A stretch of 64,000 nucleotides of DNA from Camelus ferus (taxonomy: Eukaryota). Below are positions 1 to 14,400 of this stretch, one piece after another (positions within the stretch are counted from its first letter, which is position 1; every line of letters starts with the position of its first letter). Position numbers and translations under genes: made by a program. The DNA is taken from the NCBI RefSeq assembly GCF_009834535.1, contig NC_045698.1, positions 8,124,001 to 8,188,000 on the forward strand, in the 5' to 3' direction. The notes beneath the pieces were generated by a model. That model saw only the letters and a list, made by a program, of their open reading frames with translations. It was not told the DNA's origin and did not search any database.

Positions 1-1394
1 CCAAAATTAGAAGAGGCACCCATGACATGGTGAAGACTAGAAAAATAGATAAGAAAAACTTTCTAAGCAAAGAGTATGCATATTCCCAGAGGAGCAGTAT
101 TTTGAAATGAGGAGGGCTGCCCTGAAGGACTGAGTTTCAAAGTCATTAGATTAAACTGATAAACATGAAGTTCACAACCAGAAAAATCTGTTTTCTGTCT
201 TCATGCAATTCCTGAAGCATTTATATTTTCTCCAAAATTTTATAAACATGTCTACTTGAAATTCACATTTTAAAATTTATGAATAATGTGCTTTATGTTA
301 TGTGGGCAGGGGTTTAAAAATTTAGGCCAGGCATAACCACGCTCATGGAAGAACAAATGCACAGAGGTAAACAAAATTTCATTTTCTAGAAGAGTTGTGA
401 AGAGCCAGCCAGTAGATGAAGGGCGAAAGGGAAAACTAACCACACCTGACATTTTTCAGCTAAATGCATTTTTTTTCCATTCAGGAACTAAATGTCGGCA
501 CTTAAGCTTGCTGAGTATGGTTACTAACATCAGCAAAAATCGTTCGGTATATAGAACTATTTGTTATTATTACATTAAATACCGTGATTAACAGGAAGGG
601 AGAGCAAAATGGGAGCAACCAAGATTTAATACTGAAACGCAAAGAAACATTCTTGCTTAAAAAAAAAATGATAATAATATAGGTAAGGGGAACAATCTGA
701 CCAGTCACACCAAAAAAACTCTCCAAGGACCTCAAATTTTAAAAGAATATAAGAGGACTTTAAGAAAAATCCTCCCAGCAGCAGTAAAAAAAAAAAAAAA
801 AGAAAGAAAGAAAAGAAAATTATGCAGACTTTAAGGAAGATCGGGCCAAAATGTGAAAACAGAGTGTGAAATGCAATTAACTTAGCAGAAACAAGAAGGC
901 AGCGTCTCAGCATACGAGGAGGAAGAAAAGGTGACGGAAAGTTTACGAATATTACTAGGCTCAGATTTCTATTTTGCTGTGGCCTTCTTGAGGGGAGATG
1001 TCAGGGAACTCATTTGGGGCTTGGCTTCTGAAGTGGGACAATCAGGTCCACATCCCGGGCATCAGGCCCATTCTTGGTTTGGGGCAAGGTCCTGGGTTCT
1101 CTAAGTTCTAGTTCCCTGGTTGTAAAGCGAAGAAAGGAAAATGGCCTCATGGGATCATTACTTGCTTTAAGTGCATGAAAAGTGTTAACTGCCTCATATG
1201 CACAGAATGTTAAACAAATAAGCTCTTATTATTACTTAACAAAGCTGAAATCAGCTCCCATTAGAAAACGAGTTTGCACAGAAGGCACAGAGTGAACGGC
1301 CCTCACCGCTGGGCATCGGACTTTATAGCTCCTGTTAAGTGTTTCTTTTGTCGACTCGCATTTTCTCCAACAACTCCACCCGAGAATTAATGCG

Positions 1395-1525
1395 GCATTC
1401 TTCACTTCACAGGTTGGGAAACCGAGGCACAGAGAGAGGACAGAATTTGCCTGAGTCGGCCTTGTATTTAGTAGAGAAGGAATTCGAGCCCTTGCACCCT
1501 GCTTCCGGAGTTTATGCCTACTACC
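1395..1525 (-). mobile_element. MIR SINE fragment
   Basis: cacttcacaggttgggaaaccgaggcacagagag...tttgcctgag resembles the reverse MIR core. Confidence 0.65.
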
Positions 1526-4500
1526 ACCAGGTTTATAAACTGGATTGGGTTTATAACCTCAAATATGTATATTACTGAATGTCTAACATGGTGAGAAAAC
1601 TTGGGAAAACGTTATGAAAGGCCTAAAATTAAGGGGAACGTCTACCAAAAGTACAGAGAAGAGCCAAGTTTGTAATAGGAATCAACAACATGAATATTAT
1701 ATTGAAAAAAATTATTTCACCTTGGTGTGTTAACTCATTTACAATATTTCTCATTTAATTGAATTGATTGAGATATGCAGAAAAATCCAACTTTGTTCAT
1801 TTCTAGGAAAATCAAAAATAGGATACATATAGTTATCTTTTATTGTAAAGAGCTTTCCAGTCTTAGTTTAATCAGGAATGTTAGCCATATGAAGAAAAAA
1901 GAGGGAGGACTGGAAATCTAAGATGGGTAAATAACCTGCAGAACGATCATGTTTTAAAAAATCATGGTCACATTCATGGTACTTGACAAATGGCCTTTTG
2001 GAAGTCTCATTCCTGAATCAGTTTAAACTTCTTTTAGGTCACAATAAATAGGGTACTGATGAGAATTTCAAATATAAGATCAGAATTCAAATTGGAACCG
2101 CCATGCACGAATCAATTAGAGACTGATCAGTGCAAGGGAAATAACGCAAAGCAGCAACAGAAATGGGAGAAAAACACACTACATTAAAGGGGAGGTTATG
2201 TGATCACATAGAAGGAAATGCATGAGAATTGAATCGATCTCAAACCGACCATCAGTGACGTAATAATGTAATGCCTTAGAATTTTTTAAGCATTTTTAAA
2301 ATTGAATTCTCCCTTTTCGCCCTGCCTGTTCAGACCATGGAGTGGCTTACGCAGACTGTGGCTCTCCATTAATACAGATAAGCAGATACTGATCACACAC
2401 TATGAAGAGTTTTCTCTAATACCATTTTCCCTTTAACTTCTGTCCTGTTATACATCTTCTCTCATTTGAGTTTTAGAGCTCAGCTAACCAAATCACCACC
2501 TTGCAGAATTACTCTGTTCAACTGAACCTTCTTACAGCAAACATTTGAAGTGGACGGTGCTTTCTCAGCTCTGTAAACACTCCTCTCCCTTCTCACCTGC
2601 TCTGCAAACACCCCCTTCTCCTCTCAGTAAGCTCTTACAACTCAGTGAACCACACTCCTGGTCTCTTTGGGGAGATTTTTAAAGTAGCCTCTTCAGCAGT
2701 TGACTTGAGACTTCACCCAACATCTACGCTGTTCATGAAATTACCTGTTTTCCAGAGAGCTACAAAAATAAAGGTCTTGTTAAAAAAAAAAATGAAAGAG
2801 ATGTTCTATGTGTTGTATTTCTTTAAAAGAAGGAAAGGGAGATCCTTTTAAATAAATCATTCTGTTCTTATGATGATAGACAGTTACATGCATTATTTAC
2901 TGACAATGGAAGAAAGGGAGAATGGAATAAAATACAAGAATCTGGGACATGGAGAAATTCAGAGCAGTAGAATACAAAGTAGGGCTCAGCAAAAGGAAGA
3001 AAAAAACATTAATTTTTGTTTTTGTATTATTTATCTTTGCTTTCATGTATATTCGTATATAGAGAAATATGAAAACATAAAATACACTTACACATGTTAT
3101 ATAATACAAAGCAAACAAACAATAAGCTAATTAAATGATATTCCTTCTGCAAGCTCACAAAATAAAGATGGCTTAGGTGACAATGGGTCCAAGAATGTGG
3201 TCTATAAACTTTTAAAGCTATTCTTTAGCTAACAATAACTATTATTTCAAGATGAGGAACTTTTACCACCCAATCCATCATATTCCTAAAAGTACTGTCA
3301 CCTGAGCTGAACTCCCAATTTTCTGCACTCTACACAGGTTAATCCAAGCTAAGCTTGATGGAAAAACATTCAAATGTAAACGTAACAAAATCTTTTAACT
3401 TCATACATCATTATTTTTCTGGGGGAGAGGCATTCAGTGCAGGGGTTTTAGTAGCAGGAGAACCATTAGCGTTGGCATTGATTATCGGTGTGTTGGCGTT
3501 TCTGAATTTTACCAACTATTCTACCAGCAAACACTGTTTTCCTCCAGCTGTAACCAGCCTTTGTATTTATACCATTTAAGGGGAGTTGATACAGGCAAGC
3601 ATCTGGAAGCTCTTCCTGGTTTTAAGATTATATTTATCATTAGGCTTATTAAAAATTTCCAGTTGGGTAATAATGGGCCCCTGATTTTTTTTTTTTGACT
3701 TCAAAGAAGTAAAAATTTTAACTAAGAGATTATGGCGGATCTAATTTGACTTGCTTTAACGAGAAGTGATCACTTTCATAATTTGAAGTCACAGCACTTA
3801 ATAAGTAATAAACTGTTAATATTCCACCTCTTGTGGACTGAAATGGTGATTTTAATTGAAATGTTATTTATATTTTATTGAAGAAGAGTAAAAAAGTTTT
3901 ATGAACATGAAGTTCTATGTACTCCCTCTATGGCTTTATTGGTAGTGGCTCCTATTTCAGAGAATTGAGTTTTTAAAAACTGCTTTCTCCATATTGGCAA
4001 ATATTTTCATCACGTTCTTATTCCTTTTTATGTTCCAATATTTTCAACTTCATAAGGATATTTAGCAGGTTTTCTCCTGGCAATGGACCTGCGATAATTC
4101 ATTCTTTACAACAAGTTGATACACAGCACAGAAAGCTTGTTTTCTCCACTCCGGACCCCATTTACCCAAAAGGAAATTCACGTGACGCTCATCCCAGCAG
4201 ACGTTGGTCATTGTCACTAGTTCAGAAAGATGTGTTTGGGGCAGGTGTCCGAGTTAAGTGTTCGTGTTAATCAAATGACTCTGAAGTTGATAGTCATTGA
4301 TAGGCTTGAGTTTGAAATAAAAAATGTGTGTTATTCTGTTTTAGCTCAACAGACTTTCTCATAAGCAAATCCATGAGATCACATATTCCTTGTCTGGCTC
4401 TGCCTTATTGCATAAGCTGTGCTTTGTACAAGTCTTATCCCAGACAAAGGTATGTTTTATTTAAACAGACTCCCTAGTTAAAAGTGTGCCTCTTTAAATT

Positions 4501-6079
4501 TTCATTGTGCAAAAAATGAAGCCTCAGACACTGGAGGGGGGGCAGTCCTTTGAGAGCAGGCGGCGACAGTCACATCACGTCTGTCCCACTCACGGCTCAC
4601 TAGCCTGGCTTTTCTGCTGCAGGTCACAGGATTCCTGCCCAGGGAGAAAGCATGATGTGTGCCTGGTGAGAGGGTCCTCCTCTCCAGGGAGCCCCGCTGC
4701 ACGGGGGGACCACTGCTGATTCAGAAAGTGACCAGTCTTGCTCTCTTATGCTGCCAGACCTCTGGGGCCACCCTGCTGGCTTCTGTCTCAGTCCTGTCCT
4801 GGGGCGGGCAGCTGCTCTGTTCTGTCTCCACCTCCCTACAAAGAGCATTATCTGGGCGCAGGGAGGCCGGCGGGCCATCCGCCAAGTGCACTCCCTTCTG
4901 CTGGGACTGAGCTGGGGTGAGGTCTGCGGTCCCTGCCCAGCACTGGCTGGCATACCCTCAGCGTGAAGGGTCAGAGTTAGGTCTGGGGTCGGGGGCAGAA
5001 GACCCTCTTCAGACCGCCTTCTCTGGCATAGCCATGGCCTACGGAGTGTCTGCCAGCTCAGCTAAATAAAATCACACTGACTTTTTGGTGTGAGGCGTGA
5101 CTCCTGTCGTACGCTTCACCATCTGCCAGCCTGGAGCAGAAGAGAGGTGAGAAGTAGGGTTTGCAAAGCCTGATCCTCTAATGCACACAAATGTTTACAC
5201 TTGCGTGTATGTAAGTCTCCAGCTTTTTGGTTTAGGAAAGCCTAGAGAACCTTTTTGAACCCCCAAAGGTAGACTGTGGTCCTTGTCGGAGTTGGGGTCT
5301 GGGATCTACACCGGTCTTCATAATAAAGTAACAGGGGTGAGAGGCTAACTCTGGCAGCTGAGAAAGAGAGATGGAGAAGGAAGGTGGAGAGGAGGGACGG
5401 GCAAAGATGGTGGTAGTCTGGGCGTAGCGGGAAAAGCTAACTGAGAAATCCCCTTTGGTGGGTCGTTCAGGGAACTTGACCCTGTTTCATCTTCAGTGAC
5501 TACAGCTGTTTCCCGTTCTCCTCTGTACCTCTCAGATCTAGCACAGCCTGTAACTCAGGATGGCCCGAGTGGTATTTGGAGTAAGGGAGGCCCAGGGATG
5601 GGGTCAGCAGATGGTGTCCGGGAACCCAAGCGACCAAGGGTGGACACCTTCCCTCACCCCCACCCCTGCCGAGAAACTAGCGGAGGGATGTCTTGGGAAA
5701 GGGTGAGCTTGTGCGCAGGGCAATTGTGAGCTGCATGTTATCTAGGAAAGAGAAGACTGTGTGTTTAGTGCCGTCATTGATTCTTTGTCTTCAACGTTGT
5801 CTGAAATATTCATGTCGCCTTTAATGTATTTCCTTCAGTTACCAGTTATTTATTTCATATTTTAAATCCTTCTCTGAAACTAAAATTGACCGTGCATGAG
5901 GACACGTAGAATTAAGCTTCTTTGGATCTGCAAGTCCATCTAGCTTGTGGTTCGTCTTCAACAGATACTGTCTGACGAACAGGAGATAGACGACCGTGAA
6001 GCTCTCTAGGTGAAAATGGTGGTATGTTTATTTTGGTTTTAAATGATGAGTTTTACAGATGCAGGATCAACCAAGATGA

Positions 6080-6310
6080 CTCTTAAGAGCCCAGGTTGCA
6101 GGGCAAGACTGCCTGGGTATGAAGGTTTACAGACTGGCTCTGTACAACCTGTGTGACCTTGGGCGGATCACTGAACATCTCTGTGCCTCAGTATTCTAAT
6201 CTGTAAAATGAACATTGTAATAGCACCTCCTTCACAGGGTGGTTCTGGGGATTCGTAGGTATGCTCCACGCACTTAGAACGGCCCCCGACAGTGGCAACG
6301 TGCTATCTGC
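6080..6310 (+). mobile_element. MIR SINE
   Basis: ctgtgtgaccttgggcggatcactgaacatctctgtgcctcagtattctaatctgtaaaatg matches the MIR core. Confidence 0.85.
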
Positions 6311-7339
6311 TTTGTCATCTGTCTCACCTGCCTGATGCTCTGGAACCTCTAGTAATTCCCTAGTTGGTTACACAAGTGCACTTGTCTTCGTTCCCAAATG
6401 TTGACTCCTTGAAGAGGGGCAGCTGGCCTTCAGTTCCCCTGCCCCTCTCTCCCTGAAGGATCATCTGGAAATGCTCTGGCGGGGGCACTGAAGGACCCCC
6501 AGCCAGTGGCCTTACTTAGCAGCAGAGACATAAGGCTGGGAAGTCATCTCAGCGACCAACTGGAGCCAAAAGCTAGTGGCCCCTGGACGCTTCAGGTCCA
6601 ACAGGCCTCAGAAGAACGTCTCCTCTTCTCTCAAGGAATCAGGGTGTTTGCTCTGACTCTGGAAGCCACTTAAAAGTCTGCTCCAGTGGCCTCCAGGATG
6701 GGGTGTGTAAAGTACAGGGGATGTGAAAAATGAGCCCCTGGGTATGGGAAAGCACCTTAAACTGTTTCTTTATTAAAGTTCATCCTTGATCTTTACCAGA
6801 TATACTTTAATAATACTGCAATAATAGGTGTGTGATCTGTACGTGAGATATACACCCGGAATAAATGCTTTTTCTCAAACGTGGATTCTCACAGAGGCAG
6901 TTCCTGGAGTTGTCGGGTGAGCTGGTCAAGGTAAGGACTTGAAGTAAAATGAATTCAGTGTAGAGAGAGACAGGAGGCTGAGCAGGTCTGAGGGAGAGAG
7001 GGTTGTGGCCTGAAGCTTAGGAGCTGGAGAGGGGTGGCTTCTCCCCGCCTGTCCCCAAGAGACCATCCACATACTTCTGGAAATCTCTGTAGTGTTGTGT
7101 AATCAGCGTATTTCCTTGAAAGTGCAAGTTTAAAGCTGCAGGCTGGAATGGGGTCTCGGGCACCTGGTTGTCGCAGCTCAGCGATCTCGGCCAGGACAGA
7201 GATCACTGTCACTGGGAGAAGGCCAGGCAAACAGTTTCCCACATGAAGCCCTCGGAGGATGCTGCTGCCTTCCCCCACAGGAGAGACCGGAGAAAACACC
7301 TGTTCCTACTCAGCCTAGTTCTCCACTGATGGCGTGGCG

Positions 7340-7666
7340 CAGAGGTCGGCACACTTCTGGGAAGGGCCAGAGAGTGAGTATGCTCAGCTTTAGCAACCAC
7401 ATGGCCTCTGTCACAGCTACTCAGCTCGGCCGCTGCAGGGTGACAGTAACCACAGCTGATAGGGCAACAAGTAGGCGGGGCTGGATTCCAATGACCATTT
7501 ATGGACTCTGAAATCCAGATTTCAGACAATTTTTACATGCCACAAAATATTATCCATCTTTGGATTGCAAACCATTAAAAATGTAATCATCATTCTAAAC
7601 TCACGAGCGCTATTAAGCAGCTGGCCAGCTGGGCTCAGCCTGTGAGCCGTAGTTTGCCAACCCCTG
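7340..7666 (+). mobile_element. MER58-like non-autonomous hAT-Charlie DNA transposon
   Basis: Terminal inverted repeats cagaggtcggcacact and agtttgccaacccctg. Internal ggcctctgtcacagctactcagctc is typical of MER58. About 327 bp. Confidence 0.8.
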
Positions 7667-9231
7667 GCCCAGAGAAGACACTAGCTTTGCTGCTGTCCTT
7701 GTCCTTTTTTTTTTTTTAAGTGTGAACATCTTTCCCTGTTTTTAATTAGCAATCGATGAATAGAGTATTTTTTTCCTATTGTAGCTAATTTTTCATTAAC
7801 CTCCCAGAAGTTTATCAACAAGAGATAATTCTAAGAACATATGAATATGGAACAGAGACTCAATATAATCCTTTTTGTTGTCAGGTTCTCTTCAAATTAG
7901 ACATTGAATGTCACTGAGATGATCTTTATCTTTTAGAAGAGGTGCATGGAAATAAAATTACCTTAATTAATAATATGCAACAAAAGAAATGCTACAATAG
8001 CCCAACCCCAGACAGACTGGAGTGGATTTAGCAGGATGAAGGTGAGGGAAATTCTGACAGAAAAATAAATGGGGATGCTTTCTGTCTGAACTGAGATGTG
8101 CATCATGAACCCTGGATGGCATTTACAATGTCAAAAGTAAAATAAAGAGCACTTTGTGCCTTTCTTCCTACGATGCACTGAAATATTCAAATGTAAATAT
8201 CAATAATCAACTCTAAAAGCGACACGGCTTGCCTGGCTTCCAAAACGTATAATTTAGGATTATAATGCAGTTTAACGAAATTGCTACTCTCTCCTTCATG
8301 GCAACTGGAAGTTCCAAGAGTCTGAAGACGCAGAGCCCTGGGTGCCAAGTCCCCATGTCTCAGCCCCCGTGCAGGGTCACGTGTCTCATCAGAAATGAAG
8401 GACAAAGCTCTACTGACTGCAAACCAGAGGCATAATATTTTTCTAAGTTTATTTAGCCACGTGAGGCTTTGGAGTAAGTGAGATTCTATCTTCTCAATTA
8501 CACTGATTTGCTAGTTCAGAGAAGTGTTCTTTAACACACTTAATCATGCCATTTGACCAGCTGTTTCACAAACAGCTTCCTTTTCTGGAAAACACTTGTC
8601 TTTCTTCGTGCGACTTGTGGCTGTGTTCAACTCAAAATATGTATTTAATCCAGGAGAGCCAAAGAGTTGAACCATATGCAATCACCAATACCCGACCTTT
8701 AAATAATAACTTCCTATGATTCTACTTGATAGTGTGTATGAAATAAATTCTCAGTGTCTTACAAAAATACGTCACATTTTTAGTAAATATGTGTTTCCAC
8801 CGCAAGCTTGCCAAATAAGTGGACTGTACTATTAAGAAACACTCACCAGCTTTAGGCATGTGCCTTTACATGTCCTGGACAATAAAGACTCTGCTTTCTC
8901 AAAGTGGTTATATTCATTAAATATATTACTGATGATGCACCAAAACTTAGTAGTGCTTCCTTCCATTTCCCTGTTTGAGAAGCTTACAACCCCCATGGGA
9001 CTTCTTTCATTTGCCATAGCCTCAGGGAGCTAAACTGGAGTCTCACTGGGTTCCCATCATCATGATCACAGGCATGAATGTGAGAAGCAGGGGGCATCAC
9101 AGTGCTTCTGAGCAGACGGTGCACGCGCGCACGCACACACATAAACACTCCTTTCACGAGGGAGTGTTATTTAAGTCCCCAAGTAGACCCACCCCTCTGG
9201 GGACAGTCCACCCGGGGCCCTGAGTACACAC

Positions 9232-9426
9232 CTGTGCTCGTGCGGTACGTGCCGGTGTGTGCTGGCGGCAGAGGGTCCCCCTGGCTCTGGCTGAGACTCC
9301 TCATGGGAGGCTTCTGATAGACGCGGTCTTCATAGATGGGGTCTATGTGGTGCTCTGGGGACTGCAGGGCCCGCAGCTCTGGGCCCAGGTGGCCGTGCTG
9401 GCTGCTGTATGAGGCCCGGGACCCAG
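9232..9426 (-). CDS. CTNND2: CTNND2 coding exon, 195 nt, equivalent to human exon 8
   Basis: Acceptor ttcttttatttcag|CT GGG TCC and donor AGC ACA G|gtgtgt. Encodes [65 protein letters not shown] (inside ORF 9167..9451), including the [10 protein letters not shown] motif typical of the delta-catenin/p0071 subfamily. Phase 1-1. Confidence 0.97.
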
Positions 9427-12400
9427 CTGAAATAAAAGAACAAGGGGACATTAAGATCCGACCGACATGCAGACAGATCTTGTTTGATCAAAGACATGTT
9501 CGAATTTGGGGGCACGACGGAAACACTGCAATCTGCAGAAAAGCTAATGGATAGCATGGGATGACAGCAACAGGTCAAGCTAGTCAGCTTCTCGGCATCA
9601 GCCAGCTACCGTGCTCTGCCCCCAGACCACATCTCCTAGAAGGATGCTAAAGATCCTGAGAAAAATCCACAGTGAACTGGCCAGTGAAACAGCGTTTTTC
9701 TCAGCCTAACCAGTGGAGCAGGCTTCTTCGAAGAAACCAGGCAGACAGTCAAACCCAAAAACCTCTTATTATACCACAGTCCTTGCCCCTGAAGTTTTAC
9801 AATGGGAAATTATTATTTAAAATGATGAGCAAATGAATAAGCCGTGATGGCAAGCCATCCTGGCGCTGCCCCTGAAAAGTGGACCAGAATCTGTTCTCAT
9901 CAGCAGTGCTTCCCTGGACAATGAATGAACCAAATGTTCAGACGTAACAACAGCCTAAGTCCCTGAGAGTAGCAGATTTTAAAGAAAAAGGTTTCCAAGC
10001 TACATTTTCCTTTACCCTTACCCTCCAAACTAAAGCATGTGCATTTAGTCTATCTTGCTCTGAAACGGCCAGATACATACACATGGTGCCACTAACTGGT
10101 TTAATTTACAAATTGAGGCTGCACATCCTTCGCCTGGTAGGAGACGTAAATCCTTACTGGTGTCTCTTGCTTGTTGGGTTTTCTACATTGCATGGGAAGA
10201 GACGTGGCTTTAAAGCAGTGCTGTGAACCAGGGAACCTCTACACCAAAGGAAACAGAGTTTAATGAGGGCTAAGAGCTTGAGTGGACATGTGAAAAAGAA
10301 GATGCTGACTGAGAGCGAAGATTTCATCCAAGGTACAGCGAGAATCACAGGAGAAGACATGCCAGGGGAGCCACGACCCCAGGGACAGATGCAGTGGAGG
10401 ACCTCTAGGGACAGAGAAGGACGCGGGGCATCAGTGAGTACGGAACTCAAACAAGAACCAAATGAGACTATGGATGATTTTAGCAATGACCCTTCAGCTA
10501 AATCTCCAAGGCTAATACCCGCATGGAATGCTAGCATTTAAGTGTCAACTTCCTTTGAACAGTCCCAGCTGGAAGCCCTGCATTCCAGCTTAAAGCAAGA
10601 GGGAGTTGGAACTCCCTGATTGGTGATGTTTGCGCACAGCTCTACCTCTGTCCAAGGTCTCCGCCGGTGGCCACTTTACAGACAACATCTTCAGTGCTCA
10701 AGGGCTACTTCCTCAGGATCATCTAACCCTAAAGATTTTAATATTCTTGTCTAGTATATTTGGAGACCAAGCCATTCAAAAGCTTTGAAATTGCCAGCAG
10801 ATCGATGTTTTCCTGGTGTATTTTCACACGGGCTGCTTTACTTTTAATTAAGCGCAAAGCAGAGCAGTTCTAAATGACTGGGGCAGTGCTGAGACTTCTT
10901 TGAATTCAGTGTTAATAAAAAAATCACTGAATGATTGGAGGAAAGGGAAAGGAATAAAGTAGGCAGGTTCCTTACCTTTCCCTTTGCTAGTAATTAAATA
11001 AATTCTGATTTAGATAGCATTCCGTTGAGGGATAGATTCAAAATTACTGTTTTGCACAATTCAGTTCATTGCATCTGATTTATCAAATGCCAACATCACA
11101 CTGAATATTATCTCATGCTCAAATTTTCCAGGAATATATTTAAGTTATGATATGCTTTGAGTTCCTGCTGTCAATTCTTCCTACTTCTGAAGCTTTTGAT
11201 AAAATTGCCAAGGACTTACAAGCGTGAAAACAAGGGAACAGTCATCAGATCCAAACGCCACAGAGTTAAATAAAAGTTCTCCATCACTGGCAGATTTATA
11301 GTTGTAACCCATATCATCATTCCTTGATGGTAAGCAGCTGGAAACATCCAACGATGAGCAAGGATTTGCTGGCCTTTGAAGTGGTGGCGTGATCTGAGGG
11401 CAGGTGTGAAAAGCCTCTTTTTGTAAGCATTTACTGGGCATTAGGAAATTGTTATCACTATATAAATCAGAAGTTAATGACCAAGGGTCCTAGGCAAGAA
11501 GCAAGAATCTTAAGATGAGGTAGATTATCAGAATTTCCATGTGCTGGTATTAAGACAAAGACAAAGTAAAATTATTAAATATTTGAATAATATACCATCC
11601 TTTTTTAATTAGCATGCTTTTGATACAACCTTTAAGTTCACAGTGTTTCCCTGTAGAAACATCTGTGCAAAAGACACCTGCATATTTCAGCATTATGCAT
11701 AGCAATGAGATAAGGCATTTTAAAAGGAGCGTTGTTGACACTCCTTTTCATCCATTGTGATCAGGTTCCAGTTGCTCATGGGTGGGCACAGTTACTGGCA
11801 AGAGAGACAGAGAGAAGTCAGAGGAAACAGAGATGCAAGGAATTAAAGGTTAAAAGTGCAGCTTCTGGAATTCATGCCTTCTACCACTCTTGTTTAAGAA
11901 AGAACGTATCAGATCCATATTAACAAGGCCTATTTTATTTGGGGCAATTTTGAGAAAAAAATTCTCCCACAGCCTCTTCTGGGAGTATGCGCCAAAATTT
12001 CATGAGATGGTGAACATACTTGCCAATTCAAAGAAGATGCACTTTTCTTTAGTAATAATTTCCTTTCACCATTATGGTCTATTTGACAGTGAGTCCTCAG
12101 TATTACACTGGACTCAAAACACCACTGGCAAACATTTGTATCTTTGCCAGGAACCAGAACAATGTGAACATAACAAGAAAAAAATGCTGGAGAAACAGAC
12201 TTTGTCGGAATGTCACAGATGTCAAGGCCGATTATGTTGGTGGAGAACAATTCTGAGAACTTCACCTTGACCAAGCGGACGGTTCAGAACTGCAGGGTGA
12301 CAAAGGGCCATGGAAATACGGATGAGCCAAAGAGAAAAGGCAAAGCAGACTCCATGGACCAGACCAAGTGCATCACCTTCCCCCGCCAGCGCAGACATCG

Positions 12401-13239
12401 GTTGTGTGAATGTAACGAGTGTAATACCCGTGTCCAGACAGCACTTTATGACCAAGTTCTGCAACGATGCTTACCTCACCCTACACTAAGATTTCAAAGC
12501 TATCACATGCTTTACTCTTCCCTCCCTCTTCACAAGACAAAGTTTGGGTCTAGAGAGCTCAGGCCCTGATAATTTTCCTATCTGATGTTTCTGAAATCAA
12601 TGGGTTTGAAGATGCCCATCTGAAACATGAATGCTCAGCTTACAGGCTAAGACAGTTTGTGATGCAGGAGGGCTGAAGGGTGAAGGGCACTGTAATAGTC
12701 CCACGGGTGCTCTGGGCGGGCCGGGCCTCCTGCAGGTCCCGGAGGACTGGGAACCTGCAAACTGATGTAGGACTGCACCTGGGACAGTTGCTGCACAAGA
12801 GTTCACATCTGCCCCAGGACCTCAGTCACCAGCTCACTGCTGACTCGAAGGGATGCTCAGATGGCCCAGAACCTGGTCCCTCCTGGCCACTCGGCTCTGG
12901 CACTGCTGGTGGGAGGAGAGAGGAGAGGTTCAGTTCTGCGCAGAGACGGAGGTAAGGGCAATCGGGGCTCAGAGGGGTGGGCACCCTGGACCCCTGGAGA
13001 GTGGAGGGGCCCTACGCCTTCACTCCAGCACCACCACTTACATGAGCAACTCCTATGCAGAAGCTTGAACGCACGGCTCACCTTCCAACTCTACACATGA
13101 TAGGGGGCCTCGGGAGGGAAGATACATAATATCCAAAGGTGTGAAGTAAACAGAAGCAGCATCTAAATCTACTGCTCTTCCTTGTGTCAATTTTGCCCAA
13201 ACAACCTGAAATGGGAAGATACGATTTGGGCCCCATATC

Positions 13240-13405
13240 TGTGTTTAACCAGCAGGGCAAATCAAGGCTAGTCACTGGACCTCTCTGAGCCCTGGTTTCT
13301 TCAAGCATAAAAATACAGATAATAATACATGCGTCTGTGTGGCACACGATTGTGGGAGGATCAAGGAGAGAGAAATCGGGTGTGACGGGCTCTGCAACTG
13401 ATAAA
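13240..13405 (+). mobile_element. MIR SINE fragment
   Basis: agtcactggacctctctgagccctggtttcttc...ataataata...gattgtgggaggatcaa resembles the MIR core and tail. Confidence 0.6.
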
Positions 13406-14061
13406 GCGACATTGAAAAAAGGACTCTCACACCACTTGATCTTAGAGTCAAGAAATGATGCGATCTCGTGAAAATACCTCTTTGGATTTAAGCAATCAAA
13501 CACTACTTACACTAGCAAAATATCAAAAACAACTTAAGAGATTTAATTCTGAAATATTATAAATGTAAAAAATGGATAATTTTGTGAAGTACCACTGCAA
13601 GATGTAAATCTTATAGTTTGATTTTTTTTCTTAAAAAAGCATTAGTGATGCTTTTTAATGGATAGCTGCAAAGAATGAGGGAATGAATGATGTTCAAAAG
13701 GGAAAGAAATATGGACATGACCGAGGGAAGGTGGAATCCTTTTTAGGAAGGGATACGGCAAAAATGAAACCTGCAAAGCGAAGATGACGGACACCCACTA
13801 GTCCAGGAGGAGGCAGGAGTGGACGCGTAGGGAGTTCTTGACGTGGAAAATAAGTATGGAGCAAAAAGGGTAAAGTATGCTTGCTGCCTGGCTTGTCTCT
13901 CTCCTCCACCCACATTTCCCTTGGGTCAGAGAGTCCCACAGGCTCAGTTCCATCTGACCAGTAATACGAAACAGTTATCACTTTTAAACTGATTTGCAAA
14001 TAAATTTCCAGGGCCTAGAGTTTACACACAGTGTTTACCTGTACCAGTTAATCCGTACCGA

Positions 14062-14400
14062 TTGATGTATTCATTCACTCAACACATATTTGCTGAGTGA
14101 GTGACTCTGAGGAGTTGCGGACACCACGGTGCTTAAGGCAGACAAGGTTCCTGCCTTGAAAATAAGTAAGTCATCACATTCAAGTCGGTACAGAGATAAA
14201 GGTACTGAAGGAGATAAAGTACAGTGGGGCAAGAAGACACCGTCAGAGGGTACACTGTTTGATAGGATGGTCAGGAAAGTTCTTTTTGAGCATCTGACAT
14301 TTCAGCAGACACTTTCACCAGGGCAGAGAAGGAGCCGTGCTGGAGGAAGAGCCAGGTGTTTCTCAGACAGGGGACCAGCAGTGAGAGCAAAGGCCCTCTG
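14062..14400 (-). mobile_element. L2 LINE 3' fragment
   Basis: Begins tattcattcactcaacacatatttgctgagtg (reverse L2 tail), followed by gcagacaaggttcctgcc and gataggatggtcaggaaag. Confidence 0.7.

Noticed and set aside
10968..11012. Strong minus-strand donor GAAAG|gtaagg suggesting a hidden microexon
   Set aside because: No convincing polypyrimidine tract or acceptor upstream.
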